Positions 1 through 10,854 of a DNA stretch of 64,000 nt are shown here, one piece after another. The position numbers and the translations under genes were made by a program. This DNA comes from Octopus sinensis. Its lineage: Eukaryota. The notes beneath the pieces are model-generated. The model ran no database searches, was not told the origin of the DNA, and worked only from the letters and a program-made list of their open reading frames with translations. The stretch is taken from contig NC_042999.1 in the NCBI RefSeq assembly GCF_006345805.1, forward strand, positions 95,790,001 to 95,854,000, in the 5' to 3' direction. Each line of letters starts with the position of its first letter. Positions within the stretch are counted from its first letter, which is position 1.

Positions 1-600
1 ACCACCACTACCTCCAGGTTATCTGATTTACCATACTAGTTAGTATATAAGTAAATATTCTCCACTATCACTAATCACTAGTTGACTAGTTAATTCTTTC
101 TCCTTGGTCCTAATTATAGATCTAACCTTTTAGCTGTAATCTATATCTTATAAAAATTCTTCTACCTATGATAATCTATTCCCCAATTCAATATAATACA
201 ATATTTAATTATCTTCTGCATCTATCTTTAGGAAACCCAAGTTTCCAAATTGTCTTTCTCATTTTTAAATACAAATTCCATCAACCAAATCAACAGCTTC
301 ATTCATTTGATGATGTAATACAAAGCAAACCTAAGTTAGAAATAATATTCAATTTAATTTAATTTAATTTAATATATATATAATATATATGTATATATAT
401 AATATATATGTATATATATAATATATATGTATATATATATACATCCTTTAATTCAGAGTGACTAACTCATTCATAACTAAATTTTTTCCATCATATAAGG
501 GTAAAACACCCACTCTTTCTGCTGTTTTTGTGGCTATCCTGCATCCAAATGCCAAAAAACAAGTTTGTTTACATATGTAGTTGCACATATATATATATAT

Positions 601-1660
601 ATCATCATCATCATCATCATCATTTAACATACATTATCCATGCTGTCATGGGTTGGACTGTTTGACTGAGCTGACATGCTGGAAGGCATGGTTTCTACAG
701 CTAGATACCCTTCCTAATGCCAACCACTCCAAGAGTGTAATGGGTGCTTTTGTGTCACAGGCGCAGGTGCCAATTTGCATGACACCGTTACCTACCAAGA
801 CTGCAATTTTGCTTGGCTTGATGAGTCTTCTCAAGCACTACATAATGCCAAAGGTCTTCGTCATTGCTTCCGTGAGATCCAACACTCAAAAGGAACTCAG
901 CTACTTTGTCTCTGTGAGGCCCAACACTCGAAAGGAACTCAGCCACCTTGCCTCCATGTGGCCTAACACTTGAATGGAACTCAGCCACTTTGCCTCTGTC
1001 TGGCCCAACATTCAAAGGATGTTCTTTACATGCCACCAGTATGGGTGCATTTGGCTTGACAGGTCCTCTGAAGCACAGCACATTGTCAAAAGTCTCAGTC
1101 ACCAGTCATTGCTTCCATGAGGCACAAAGTTCAAAGATCATGCTTCACCACCTAATCCCATGCCTATGCATGTCCTCAGCTGTCATAGCCCATGTTTCAC
1201 TACCATGCAGCATGACTATTCACACTCAGGCATCAAACATGCTGCCTTTCACTCTGAGAGAAAGGCCCTTTGTTGCCAGAAGAAGTAGGAGCTCTCTGAA
1301 CTTTGGCCAGCCTAATTTTATTCTCACAGCTATGATCTTGGAGCATCCACCTCCACTAATAATTAGGTTACCTAGATCATGGAAGCTATCTACTACCTCT
1401 AGCTTGCCCCCTGGCAGTTGATGGAGTATATGTTCTGTGCATTTTCTGCATTTATTGTACTTGTGCCCTTTCCACATACAAAAGTTAGTTTCCCTGTTAA
1501 CCTTCCTCCGATGTTGCTGCAGCTTTTATGTGTTCAAAGCTTACATTGGGTGCAACTTATAAAGTTTCTACCTACACCTTTTCTACAGATTGCGCAGGGC
1601 CATCTACCTGAAAGGGATTTGTGATTTGTCTGTCTTCCTACTTACTATGACTTTGAAGAG
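601..1660 (-). mobile_element. 5'-truncated RTE-clade LINE: ORF2 C-terminal fragment, VNTR-bearing 3' UTR and (ATG)n tail
   Basis: Minus-strand translation includes GRWPC..CRKGVGRNFISCTQCKL and LEVVDSFHDLGNLIISGGGCSKIIAVRIKLGWPKFRELLLLLATKGLSLRVKG (ORF 1226..1477), typical of RTE ORF2 after the RT domain. It ends in a (CAT)n tail at 601-623 next to (TA)n. Confidence 0.85.
865..1015 (-). repeat. 42-bp minisatellite (about 3.7 units) inside the RTE 3' UTR
   Basis: GGAACTCAG recurs at 892, 934 and 976 (period 42). It gives 14-aa repeats in ORFs 581..973 and 788..1102. Confidence 0.9.
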
Positions 1661-1736
1661 TGTTAGCATGTTAGTAATAATGAATGAAAAGAATGATTAT
1701 ATATATATATACATACATAACAGATATATATATATA

Positions 1737-2491
1737 GAGACCGAGACCTATGGAAGTATGCTGTGCGTGAGAAGACCCGGCAAGACTAGTGAAGCCATAA
1801 CCCGTGGCCCCTACCTGGGACGTAGTCAGTCCACCTGTGCATACCTTCCTGCTTGTGACACTTGTGAAGACCTGTTGAGGCAAATCAAATCAAAGTCAAA
1901 TCGAATCAAGTCAAACCAAATCAAAATAGATGAACATCAATGGAATTTGTATCCCTGTGGTACCAGTGCCGGTGGCACATAAGAAAACCATCCGAATGGG
2001 ACCGTAGCCAGTACCGCATCAACTGGCCTCCGTGCCGTGGGCACGTAACAAACACCATCCGATCGTAGGTGTTCGCCAGCCTCGTCTGGCACCTGTGTCG
2101 GTGGCACATAAGAAAAACACCGAAAACACCATATCTGAGCGTGGTCGTCTGCCAGCCTCGTCTGGCACCTGTGTCGGTGGCACATAAAAAAAAACACCAT
2201 CCGAGCGTGGCCGTCTGCCAGCCTCGTCTGGCACCTGTGTCGGTGGCACATAAAAAACACCATCCGAGCGTGGCCGTCTGCCAGCCTCGTCTGGCACCTG
2301 TGTCGGTGGCACATAAAATCACACACTACACTCTCGGAGTGGTTGGCGTTAGGAAGGGCATCCAGCTGTAGAAACACTGCCAGATCTGACTGGACTGGCC
2401 TGGTGTAGCCTTCGGGCTTGCCAGACCCCAGTTGAACCGTCCAACCCATGCTAGCATGGAAAGCGGACGTTAAACGATGATGATGATGATG

Positions 2492-2493
<2 letters not shown>
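1737..2493 (+). mobile_element. RTE-type 3'-end repeat (last ORF2 codons, VNTR, tail); young copy
   Basis: Starts with DRDLWKYAVREKTRQD*-like codons. It then has an (AATCA)-like tract, a 60-65 bp VNTR and the tail CCAACCCATGCTAGCATGGAAAGCGGACGTTAAACGATGATGAT. CpGs are retained. Same family as the copies at 49395 and 61921-62992. Confidence 0.85.
2040..2316 (+). repeat. About 60-65 bp minisatellite (4-5 units)
   Basis: The unit CACATAAAAAACACCATCCGAGCGTGGCCGTCTGCCAGCCTCGTCTGGCACCTGTGTCGGTGG is repeated; the last units are near-identical. Confidence 0.9.

Positions 2494-2494
<1 letters not shown>

Positions 2495-2534
<40 letters not shown>
2495..2534. repeat. (TG)n microsatellite
   Basis: Direct reading of the sequence. 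Confidence 0.95.
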
Positions 2535-2540
<6 letters not shown>

Positions 2541-2659
2541 CATTTTGCAAATCATATTTGTAATATCCTATGGATAAAGAATATAACAACTAAAGCATGG
2601 AGTTTGTGGAAACATACAAAGCAGTATATTAATGGATTTATGAATTCCCATCCAAAAGT

Positions 2660-2921
2660 TCTTGTTTGGAAGGAAAGTCTAGAATCAAAGGGCCTTAGAG
2701 TTAATTTAGCAAGAACCAAAGTGTTAGTAAGTAGGAAAGAGGACAAATAACACATCTCTTCAGGTAGATGGCCCTGCTCAATTTGTAGAAAAGGCATAGG
2801 TAGTATCTCCATAAGATGTACCCGGTGCAAGCTTTGGACACATAAGAGGTGCAACAATATCATTGGAAGGTTAACAGGGATAATAGCATGGAAAATGGAC
2901 ATTAAACGATGATGATGATGA
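2660..2921 (+). mobile_element. RTE ORF2 fragment fused directly to the terminal tail
   Basis: WKESLESKGLRVNLARTKVLVS, then SGRWPCSICRKGIGSISIRCTRCKLWTHKRC, then immediately AGCATGGAAAATGGACATTAAACGATGATGATG. Confidence 0.8.
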
Positions 2922-3341
2922 TATATATATAATACAGTTCTATATTTTGTAACTTGCCACAGAAATGCATAGATTACATGTCTTTATAATTTGATTTGAA
3001 AATGAGATTATGAAGATCTCAAAATGTCAACCTAAAAGAACATAACTGTTTGAAAATGAGGCATAAAAGACGAATAAGGAAATATGAAAAGTGCTCAATG
3101 CAAAGGATTAAACTTGAACACACACACGCACACACATTCACACAAGTGTTTATGTATGTGTATTATATGTATGGATGCATGTGTAGGCATGTATATTTAG
3201 TTTTGTATACAGATGTGTGTTTATATATAAATATATATTGCATATGTAAATAATTTATATCATGTAATATATTTATGTCATCATATAAAGGAAATCATCA
3301 TAACTAAATAGATTGTATCATTTAAGACAGATGACTTTTTA

Positions 3342-3540
3342 AAGTCCATTAATGTAATATTGCAGCAAAGTATTTATGGAAGTAAAACAGTAATTGCATA
3401 TAGCTCCCTTGGTTTTAAATCAACTAGAATGAAACACAAGACATATTCTAAAGGGAAAACTTTTCAACATAGAAATAGCTGCCATGTTAAATAGTCTACT
3501 TTGTGTGACTAATGACATTATCACACAAAATGCATGCACC
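3342..3540 (-). repeat. 3' LTR remnant of the Gypsy element
   Basis: Collinear identical blocks shared with 8040-8264: AAGTCCATTAATGTAAT (3342/8040), GAAGTAAAACAGTA (3379/8072), GCCATGTTAAATAGTCT (3481/8193), CAAAATGCATGCA (3526/8252). The exact LTR ends were not resolved. Confidence 0.7.
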
Positions 3541-4334
3541 ATTGCAGTAATGAAACAATGATAGTACATTTTACATTATTTATGAAAAGATTCTTTCTTC
3601 AATATATTTGCTTTGTTTAACATCATTATAAGCTGTCATTGGCATCATCATTAACTTCATTTGGTGATGAGATATCGTTTGTAATCAGTCATTGCAAGGT
3701 AGTTGTCTGATTTCATGATCTTGATTCTGTTGCAAAGCAGTCATCTGATTTCTTTGACTTGTTTCTGGTCTGACTTTACAATCCTGTTTTGCTTGTCAGA
3801 GCATTTCTATTTGAATCATTGAGCACTAGAACTGTCCTATGTCACCAATGATGAATTTCTAATAGCAAGTTTTTTGGATATTGCTCCAAGTTTAGGTGTA
3901 TCAATTCCAAAAGTTTTTATTAAAGATCTTCTTATCTAACCTCCCAACAATGCCAAAAGGCATTCCATTCTTCCAGCTTTAAGTCACCTTTTTCCATGGC
4001 TATACCATTCTTTCTACATGTCTATTTACTGAATAGCATAGCAGTGTCTCATTAAGTTTGCAAACTATCTTCTTAAGCCATTTTGTTAGTGTCTTATCAC
4101 ATAAACCAATGTGTATTCAATTCTATTCTTAACAAAAATAGTTCTCAAAACATTAATTGCTGTTTTAGCAGTTCAGCCATTAATTCTGATGACTTCTGGC
4201 TAATATGGAAATGCATCAATAAGTAAATGAAATAAACCAACATCAGGAATACAACCATCATCCAGACACGCACACACACAGACGCGTGCACAATAATCCT
4301 TTCTACAATAAGCACAACTCCTGAAATTTTCAAG

Positions 4335-4510
4335 AGGAGCTAATTGATTACATTGACCTTGCTACTCAATTGGTACTTACTTAATCAACCACTTTTGTGG
4401 TTGAAAGTCAAAGTCGACCTTGCTGGAATTAGAACCCAGTCTGTAAAGACAGACAAAATGCCACTAAGTATTTTTCCAGTGTGCCAATGATTCTGCCAGC
4501 TCACCACCGT
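4335..4510 (-). mobile_element. tRNA-derived SINE (octopus-type) inserted in the Gypsy integrase region
   Basis: Reverse complement reads GGTGGTGAGCTGGCAGAATCATTGGCACAC...GTTCTAATTCCAGCAAGGTCGACTTTGACTTTC...ATAAGTACC-like. Same family as 38311 and 58628. Confidence 0.75.
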
Positions 4511-5299
4511 ACATATATATGTTTGATAATGGCTTTACTTCAAGTATACTCTGTGACTGTTGGTAGGAATTTAATCTGGCATTTAGGACAATCTTGTATG
4601 TAATTTTTGACAGAATTGTATCCACAATGAAGGTCATCATGTATAGCAGTTCAGTAAATTTGTAGTAACAGACTAGAACAACAATTTCCCCACTGCAAAC
4701 AATTTCATTATCAATAGTGAATCCTTTGTTTAATTGTTTTGGAGGGTCTATCACTGATCAATTACTTCTTCTATTCCTTCAGTCTTACACAAAATTACAT
4801 CATTCTTCATTTCAGCTTGTAATTCTTCTATTTTTAGCACATTTATTTTCATTCTACTACTTCTCCCATTCACCCACCTAGCTTCATCACCTGCTGTATT
4901 CCTTCCCTTCTGCCTTCCATTCTCTGTTTCCACCCTCTTCATAAACCTGTCTGCACATAGTTTATCCCTGTTGGCCCTCTTTCCCATAACATGTCCCCCT
5001 AATATCCACTCCCTCTATTTGTGTCCACTCACTACATTCCCTCCCTTCCACTTCACACTCTGCTTTCATAGTCTCAGGAAATTACTCATCTATCTTCTCT
5101 ATCTCTCCTCTCTCTCCCCTCTCACTCTCCTTTCTCTCTTCTCTCTCTCTCCTTCCATCTGAACTATCTGTGTATCTCCTTTACTACAAGACACCTATTT
5201 CTGACCCTCTCTTCATACATTCACCTCTCAACAGCTGGTAGCAAAAGGCCACCTCAATACTACTACTCGCTTAGTTGAGGGGGTTCCGTCTTGCTCATT

Positions 5300-5497
5300 A
5301 CTTAATAACCTTATTAATGCTGATGCTATGTAAAAAGCATCCAATACACTGTGAAGGAGTTTGTGTTAGGAAGGGCATCTTGCCATAGAAACCATATCAA
5401 AGCAGAAAATAAAACTTGGCACAGTTTTCTGATTTGCCAGCTTCTTTCAAATCATCCAACCCATGCCAGTATGAAAGGAGGACCTTAAATGATGATG
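5300..5497 (+). mobile_element. Old RTE-type 3' tail repeat, preceded by a pyrimidine-rich insert (about 4860-5220), interrupting the Gypsy pol
   Basis: GTTAGGAAGGGCATC...CCAACCCATGCCAGTATGAAAGGAGGACCTTAAATGATGATGA matches the shared tail. Gypsy homology resumes on both sides. Confidence 0.65.
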
Positions 5498-8039
5498 AAT
5501 GAACAACTGATCTCTCCATTGTATTTACCCTAACTTTACTGGCTCGTTGAATTTCATTTTAGATAGAGTAATAACGTGGAAAATTGTATTGCCTTCTACA
5601 TATAAAATCTCATAGTCACAAGAAGATAAATGAAATATCTGCTGTAATATTCTAGTAGATGCTGTTTGACAGCACTTTTCTGGCATCAAATATGAACTGT
5701 AAAGGCTTATACTCAGTTCTCAAGTAGAATTGTTGTGCTAATAGTAAGTGCTGAACTTTATACATAGTTCAGACAATTGCCAAAGCATCTTTTTCAGTAT
5801 GAGAATACTTATGTTCAGTTTCAGATGGATATTATGTTAAATATAGGACTGCACTTGCCTTCTGAAACAGTAGATGATATATTGACTGTTGATTGGCATC
5901 TATAATGACTATGACCTTTTTTCCTTGTGTCAAATATCTAACGTTAGATAGCCAAATTTAATGTTTCAAACAGATTAGTGTGTTCCATCTATAAAAATGC
6001 AGTGTGCTTTTCTCATAGTTTTAAAAACCCACAGACCTCAGAATATACTGGAGTAGATTGATCATGAAAATTATTTCCCAAAATGACTGCAGTTCTATCC
6101 TACCTATTCTCTGAGAATTTTAGAGCAAATATCTTTTTCACTAACATTGTCTACTTGAATACCATATCTGGAGATTTTATATCCTTGGAAGGTCAATTTT
6201 TCTGCATGAAAGATCCTTGTTTCATTAATAGACTTACCATGGGAGATGAGATTTTGTAAAATTGCTCTTACTTTCTGCTCCAGGTCATCTGCAGTGTGAC
6301 CATCAATGCAAATGTCATCCTGCTAAATTATTATACCAGTGACATCTAATACATTTTCCATGGCACATTGAGATATGGCGCTTGCTGTTTTTATATTGCA
6401 TAGCAAATCCAAGAAGTGTGTTCATTGTTGTTATTTCCAGAGCTTCATAGAAATTTGGATTTGGTAGTATGCTCTAACCAAATTAATCTTTATGAAGCAT
6501 TTCATACATACTAGCTTGTGCAATGTTGTTTCAATAATTAGCATAGGGTAAAAGTTAGTACGTATATTGGGATTTATTCTCATGTGGTCTATGCAAATAT
6601 GTAAATTGCTACAGGACTTGCATAGCACAATCAAAGGTGAAGCCTACTTAATTTCTCCTGAGTTAAGTCTTTTCATTCAGCCATTATGTTTCGTTCCCTT
6701 TCATTCTTGTTAAAACAAAATGATGAATATGTACAGGAAGTTGTGTGGAGTTGTAATATTCAGCTTTAGTATTATTTTTCAATTTGATTTCAGTTTCATA
6801 ATATTTTAAGCATCAGTTATTGTGAGATTGTATGCATTGAATAAGTGAGGAACTATTACATCTTAACACATCCACTCTGATTAAACCATTCATTTCATAA
6901 CAGTCTGAAACAATAACAAAAGCTATAATTGCTTTGCTCTGGTCTCCAATACAGATTCAAACTTCATCAACAATTTGATCATTGAATCATCAAACTATCT
7001 GAGGCTGACATTGCAACATTCTAAATGTAGAGATGTTGATATCATCCTCAGGAGGATAGTAACATCACCACCAGTATTTATTTGCATCTGCACTTTAACA
7101 TTAGTTAATTCAATAGGGACTAGGAAGTTAGCATCGCTGCTCCCAATATTGCAAACATTGCTTGATTCCTGATCACTAACTGAATCAGTATCAACTTCAT
7201 ACACTTTCTTAAATGTTTTCTTAGAAGATCATTTGAAAGAATTGAAAATAGTTCTTATATATATATATATATATTGCTTTTTTTCCCAAATGCAAGACAC
7301 TTCCCATATTAAGGCTGTAACCACAAGATTTACATGTATCCCTTTTCTGATGATTTTTGTTAACATACAACATTGACAATTCTTTTAATATAGTAGTATT
7401 ATCACTAATTGGAACCAAAGTAAAATCATTTATCATCTGAAACTGCTAAATTTGGCTAACACAACCTAGCAACAACATTTTCCCAAACTGTTGTGTTCTA
7501 ATATTTTAGAGCAATGTGCTGAATTTATTAATTCATCAATTAGCAGCATTTGTATGAGATCATTTTCAGCAGATTGCTCTTCTGCCATCAACTCATCAAA
7601 TTTCTAGAAACATGTGGCTTCTCTCAATATTTTTATAATTTGAGTGTATTAGTTTAAATGTCATTTGCTTCAGAGCCAGAAAGTATGTCTTCAGCAATAG
7701 CCAGCTTCATCTTCAGTCTTATTTTAGTTTCTTTTATTTCTATAAGTCCATCTCTTCCAACACATTACAACACACTTTTACAGGGACTTTTTATAATATT
7801 CTCGACTCCTGCTTTAGAGAAGAGATCAGTTATTCCTTTACTAGCAGCAGGGGTCTTGAGCATCTTTCACTTAGCACTAACTGAAAGACTTCCTAACAAG
7901 GCTTCAGTCAAATAAATATCAGGCATTGTTAAAATCTCCAAATCTTGTCTGTTGTACTAATGTTATGTCATCAATTAGAGGAAATTATTACTGCATAATT
8001 GCCAGTTGTAGTTATTATGCAGGACAGAGAGCCTTGTTC

Positions 8040-8265
8040 AAGTCCATTAATGTAATCCTGCAGCATTTACTGAAGTAAAACAGTAGTCACTTGTGGCCCC
8101 TTAGTTCCACTGGCTTTAATCAAATGAATAACTGGGTAAAACAGTCACGCAAATGACATATAGATGAAAGTACTCTGAACAGTTTAAGGGTAGCCATGTT
8201 AAATAGTCTTCATCATATGACCACTGAGGTGGGTCAAACAATATTGTCATGCAAAATGCATGCAA
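8040..8265 (-). repeat. 5' LTR remnant of the Gypsy element
   Basis: Direct-repeat partner of 3342-3540, with the same four blocks in the same order. Confidence 0.7.
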
Positions 8266-9017
8266 AATAAAACAATTATATATATAAATATATGTATGCA
8301 TGTATAAGTGAACATTATTATTCCTAAAAATAATAACGTTAGTGGCTGTGAGTGTAAAAGCCATATAGGCAAAATTAATAACTATATATAAGATATATGT
8401 ATATATTTGTATATACTAGGGTACTATATAAGCACTTACTTCGCTAAAAATAGAAGTCAAAAATCTGCTAAGCCACAGAAGAATCACTAAATTAAGACAG
8501 GCATGATAGGAAAAAAATTTAGTGAATAAGAATAGCATCTTACCTCTGCAAGGGATGTTGAAGGAAAGTCAGTTAATCTGATATCATTATTTCGAATTTA
8601 GCGCCAAAGGCAACTGATTCTCTTTCAGTCAGATCTGCCAGAGACCAACTAATAGTACTCACTGCTATCATGCCTGTAATTTATTTGAGTGCTCGAACAC
8701 TTTAAAACAAATGAACTATGCAAAATATGTATGCAGTAGTACCTCTGTTTTTGAACAATTCTGATCACGAATAAATCGTGCTTTATCTCCTATCTTTCTC
8801 ATAGTCATTTAATACAGTAGTACGTCAGTTTATAAATGTCTCTAATGTGCTTTATATATATATATATATATCCTGTAAATAATAATAATGATATTTTTCT
8901 ATAAGCTTAAAGCTTATATAAAAATACCATTATTATTATTTACAGGATTGTAAACTCACCACTGTATAAAAAACCATTCACACCAATATATATATATATA
9001 TAAATATATATATATAT

Positions 9018-9156
9018 CATTTTTCATTTCATTTCATCTAGTTTCAGCTCACGAGCTGTGGCCAAGCTGGGTCACTGCCATTCGGTGTTGCTACATGATT
9101 TTACTTCACGAATGCTTTTTAGCAATTGACATTGGGTGCATGAGAGAGTTTGATGT
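9018..9156 (-). mobile_element. Short 3'-end fragment of a CR1-type LINE with an (ATGAA)-like tail
   Basis: Ungapped reverse-complement match to 10111-10229 (about 19 mismatches in about 119 nt by hand). Confidence 0.85.
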
Positions 9157-9177
9157 ATAGTTTTATATATATATATT

Positions 9178-10161
9178 TTGGGACCACTACTGTTCATAAT
9201 GGCCCTCTCAGACATGCCCTCAGCCACGCGGAGAGCCACGATCACAAGTTATGCAGATGATACAAAAGTTTCACAGGCAATCCGGAACCCTGAAGACACT
9301 AAGCACCTGCAATATGAGCTGGACGAAATATACAAGTGGGCTGAAAAGAATAGCATGCAGTTCAATGCTGAAAAGTTTCAAGCTTTATACTATCAGCATG
9401 CAAAACTGAATGCAATACCCAAGGAATACACTGGACCCGGAGGGATTGTAATCCCAGAGGCACAATCAGTGCGTGACCTGGGTATTCACATGAGTGATGA
9501 CGCGACCTTTCATGTACATGTTGCTAAACTGACAATGAAATGCAGACGGCTGGGTGGATGGATTCTTAGAACCTTTAGAACAAGAGAACAAGAAACCATG
9601 ATGGTCCTCTGGAAGACACTTGTCCTAAGCCACTTTGACTATTGCTCTCAGCTATGGTCACCATCCAGTGTCAAGTTGATCACAAAACTTGAGGCGATCC
9701 AACGAAGCTACACGAAGAAGGTAGCCTCTATGCAGAATGTAAGCTACTGGGAAAGACTCAAGAGATTAAAATTATATTCCCTGGAGCGTAGGCGGGAAAG
9801 ATATGCCATAATATACATCTGGAAGATCCTGGAGGGAAGTGTCCTGAACTTTGGCATCGAGAGTTACGCAAATGCCAGAACTGGGCGCCACTGCGTGGTG
9901 CCTAGGACTCCAAACTTGCCATCAAGATGTAGGACAAGATTCTGTGATAGCCTGGGCTTCCGAGGCCCACAGCTCTTCAATATCCTCCCGAAGAACCTGA
10001 GAGACCTGCATGGGGTGGATACAGATGTCTTTAAAATGGAGCTGGATCTCTTCCTGTCAGGTGTCCCAGATGAACCAACTTCACGGCAGGAGGGGCAGAT
10101 GAGGGCAGCTGCATCGAACTCTCTCATGCACCAAATAGCAGTTGCTAGAAAGCCTCCATGA
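9178..10161 (+). CDS. 5'-truncated CR1-clade LINE ORF2 (RT C-terminal half), uninterrupted for 327 codons
   Basis: GPLLF, YADDTK, QFNAEKF, RDLG, DYCSQLWSP, LEAIQR, YWERLKRLKLYSLERRRER, FK..LD.FL..VPDEP. The first codon TTG is a truncation point, not a true start. Confidence 0.9.
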   Translation: MGPLLFIMALSDMPSATRRATITSYADDTKVSQAIRNPEDTKHLQYELDEIYKWAEKNSMQFNAEKFQALYYQHAKLNAIPKEYTGPGGIVIPEAQSVRDLGIHMSDDATFHVHVAKLTMKCRRLGGWILRTFRTREQETMMVLWKTLVLSHFDYCSQLWSPSSVKLITKLEAIQRSYTKKVASMQNVSYWERLKRLKLYSLERRRERYAIIYIWKILEGSVLNFGIESYANARTGRHCVVPRTPNLPSRCRTRFCDSLGFRGPQLFNILPKNLRDLHGVDTDVFKMELDLFLSGVPDEPTSRQEGQMRAAASNSLMHQIAVARKPP

Positions 10162-10229
10162 AGTGAAACCAAGTAGCAACACCAAATGGCGGTGCCCCAG
10201 CATGGCCACAGCTCATAAGCTGAAACTAG

Positions 10230-10260
<31 letters not shown>
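9178..10260 (+). mobile_element. Young CR1-type LINE insertion with an (ATCA)n tail
   Basis: The ORF above plus a short 3' UTR ending GCTGAAACTAGA, with (ATCA)n at 10231-10260. Flanked by (TA)n on both sides. Confidence 0.9.
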
Positions 10261-10261
<1 letters not shown>

Positions 10262-10546
10262 TATATAAAACATGATTTATTTGTGATCAGAGTAGTTCGA
10301 AAACCAAGGTACTACTCTGTGTGTATATATATATATAGAGAGAGAGAGGCACTTATGTGGTTAAACAAATTAGACATATTAAATATAACAGTTTGGGTAT
10401 GAAATACAAAATATGTATGTGTGAATGCATCTGTATATTGTGGAGAATTTTGACAATTTGAAATGAATTGAATGAGTATGAATACCGGCCTTTGAAATTT
10501 GTTTTTCTCTTTCTTAATTTTATATATATATGCGCACGTGTGTGTA

Positions 10547-10854
10547 GGCATAATGGTTCAGTGGTTAGGGCAGCGGACTTGTGGTCGTAGGATTGTGGTT
10601 TTGATTCCCAGGCTGGGCGTTGTGAGTGTTTATTGAGCGAAAACACCTAAACCTCCATGAGGCTCTGGCAGCGGGTGGTGGTGATCTCTGCTGTACTCTT
10701 TCGCTACAACTTTCTCTCACTCTTTCTTCTGTTGGCCTGCTCGCTTAGCCAGCGGGGTGGCATCATTTGAAAGCTAAAACAATGCAAAGCGCATTGTAAC
10801 CAACAATGTGTAGCAACATCTGGTAGCCTGGTCGGCCACGGTGATCACGGTGAT
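10547..10854 (+). mobile_element. tRNA-derived SINE with Pol III A and B boxes
   Basis: A box TGGTTCAGTGG at 10554-10564 and B-box-like GGTTTTGATTCC at 10597-10608. It ends in (CACGGTGAT)x2 followed by (TA)n. Confidence 0.75.

Larger units (their letters stand above)
3300..8290 (-). mobile_element. Decayed full-length Ty3/Gypsy LTR retrotransposon (gag?-PR-RT-RH-IN) with nested insertions
   Basis: Minus-strand remnants in Gypsy order. Protease: VQMQINTGGDVTIL (about 7050). RT: RINPNIRTNFYPMLI..KINLVRAYYQI and GIII*QDDIC (TAG CAG GAT GAC at 6325-6314). RNase H: SETEHKYSHTEKDALAIV and TRILQQIFHLSSCDYEILYVEG. Integrase zinc finger: IQDCPKCQ. Integrase core: LLIDAFPY*PEVIRING*TAKTAINVLRTIF. Direct repeats lie at both ends. 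Confidence 0.85.

Noticed and set aside
2040-2316. CRISPR-like appearance of the regular GC-rich repeats
   Set aside because: The units are contiguous tandem copies without unique spacers, the context is eukaryotic, and there are no cas genes.
10288-10319. 9-bp hairpin CAGAGTAGT/ACTACTCTG
   Set aside because: It is too short to be significant in 64 kb and has no associated feature.
10547-10620. Functional tRNA gene
   Set aside because: A and B boxes are present, but I could not fold a full cloverleaf and it continues into a SINE body, so it is called as a SINE head.
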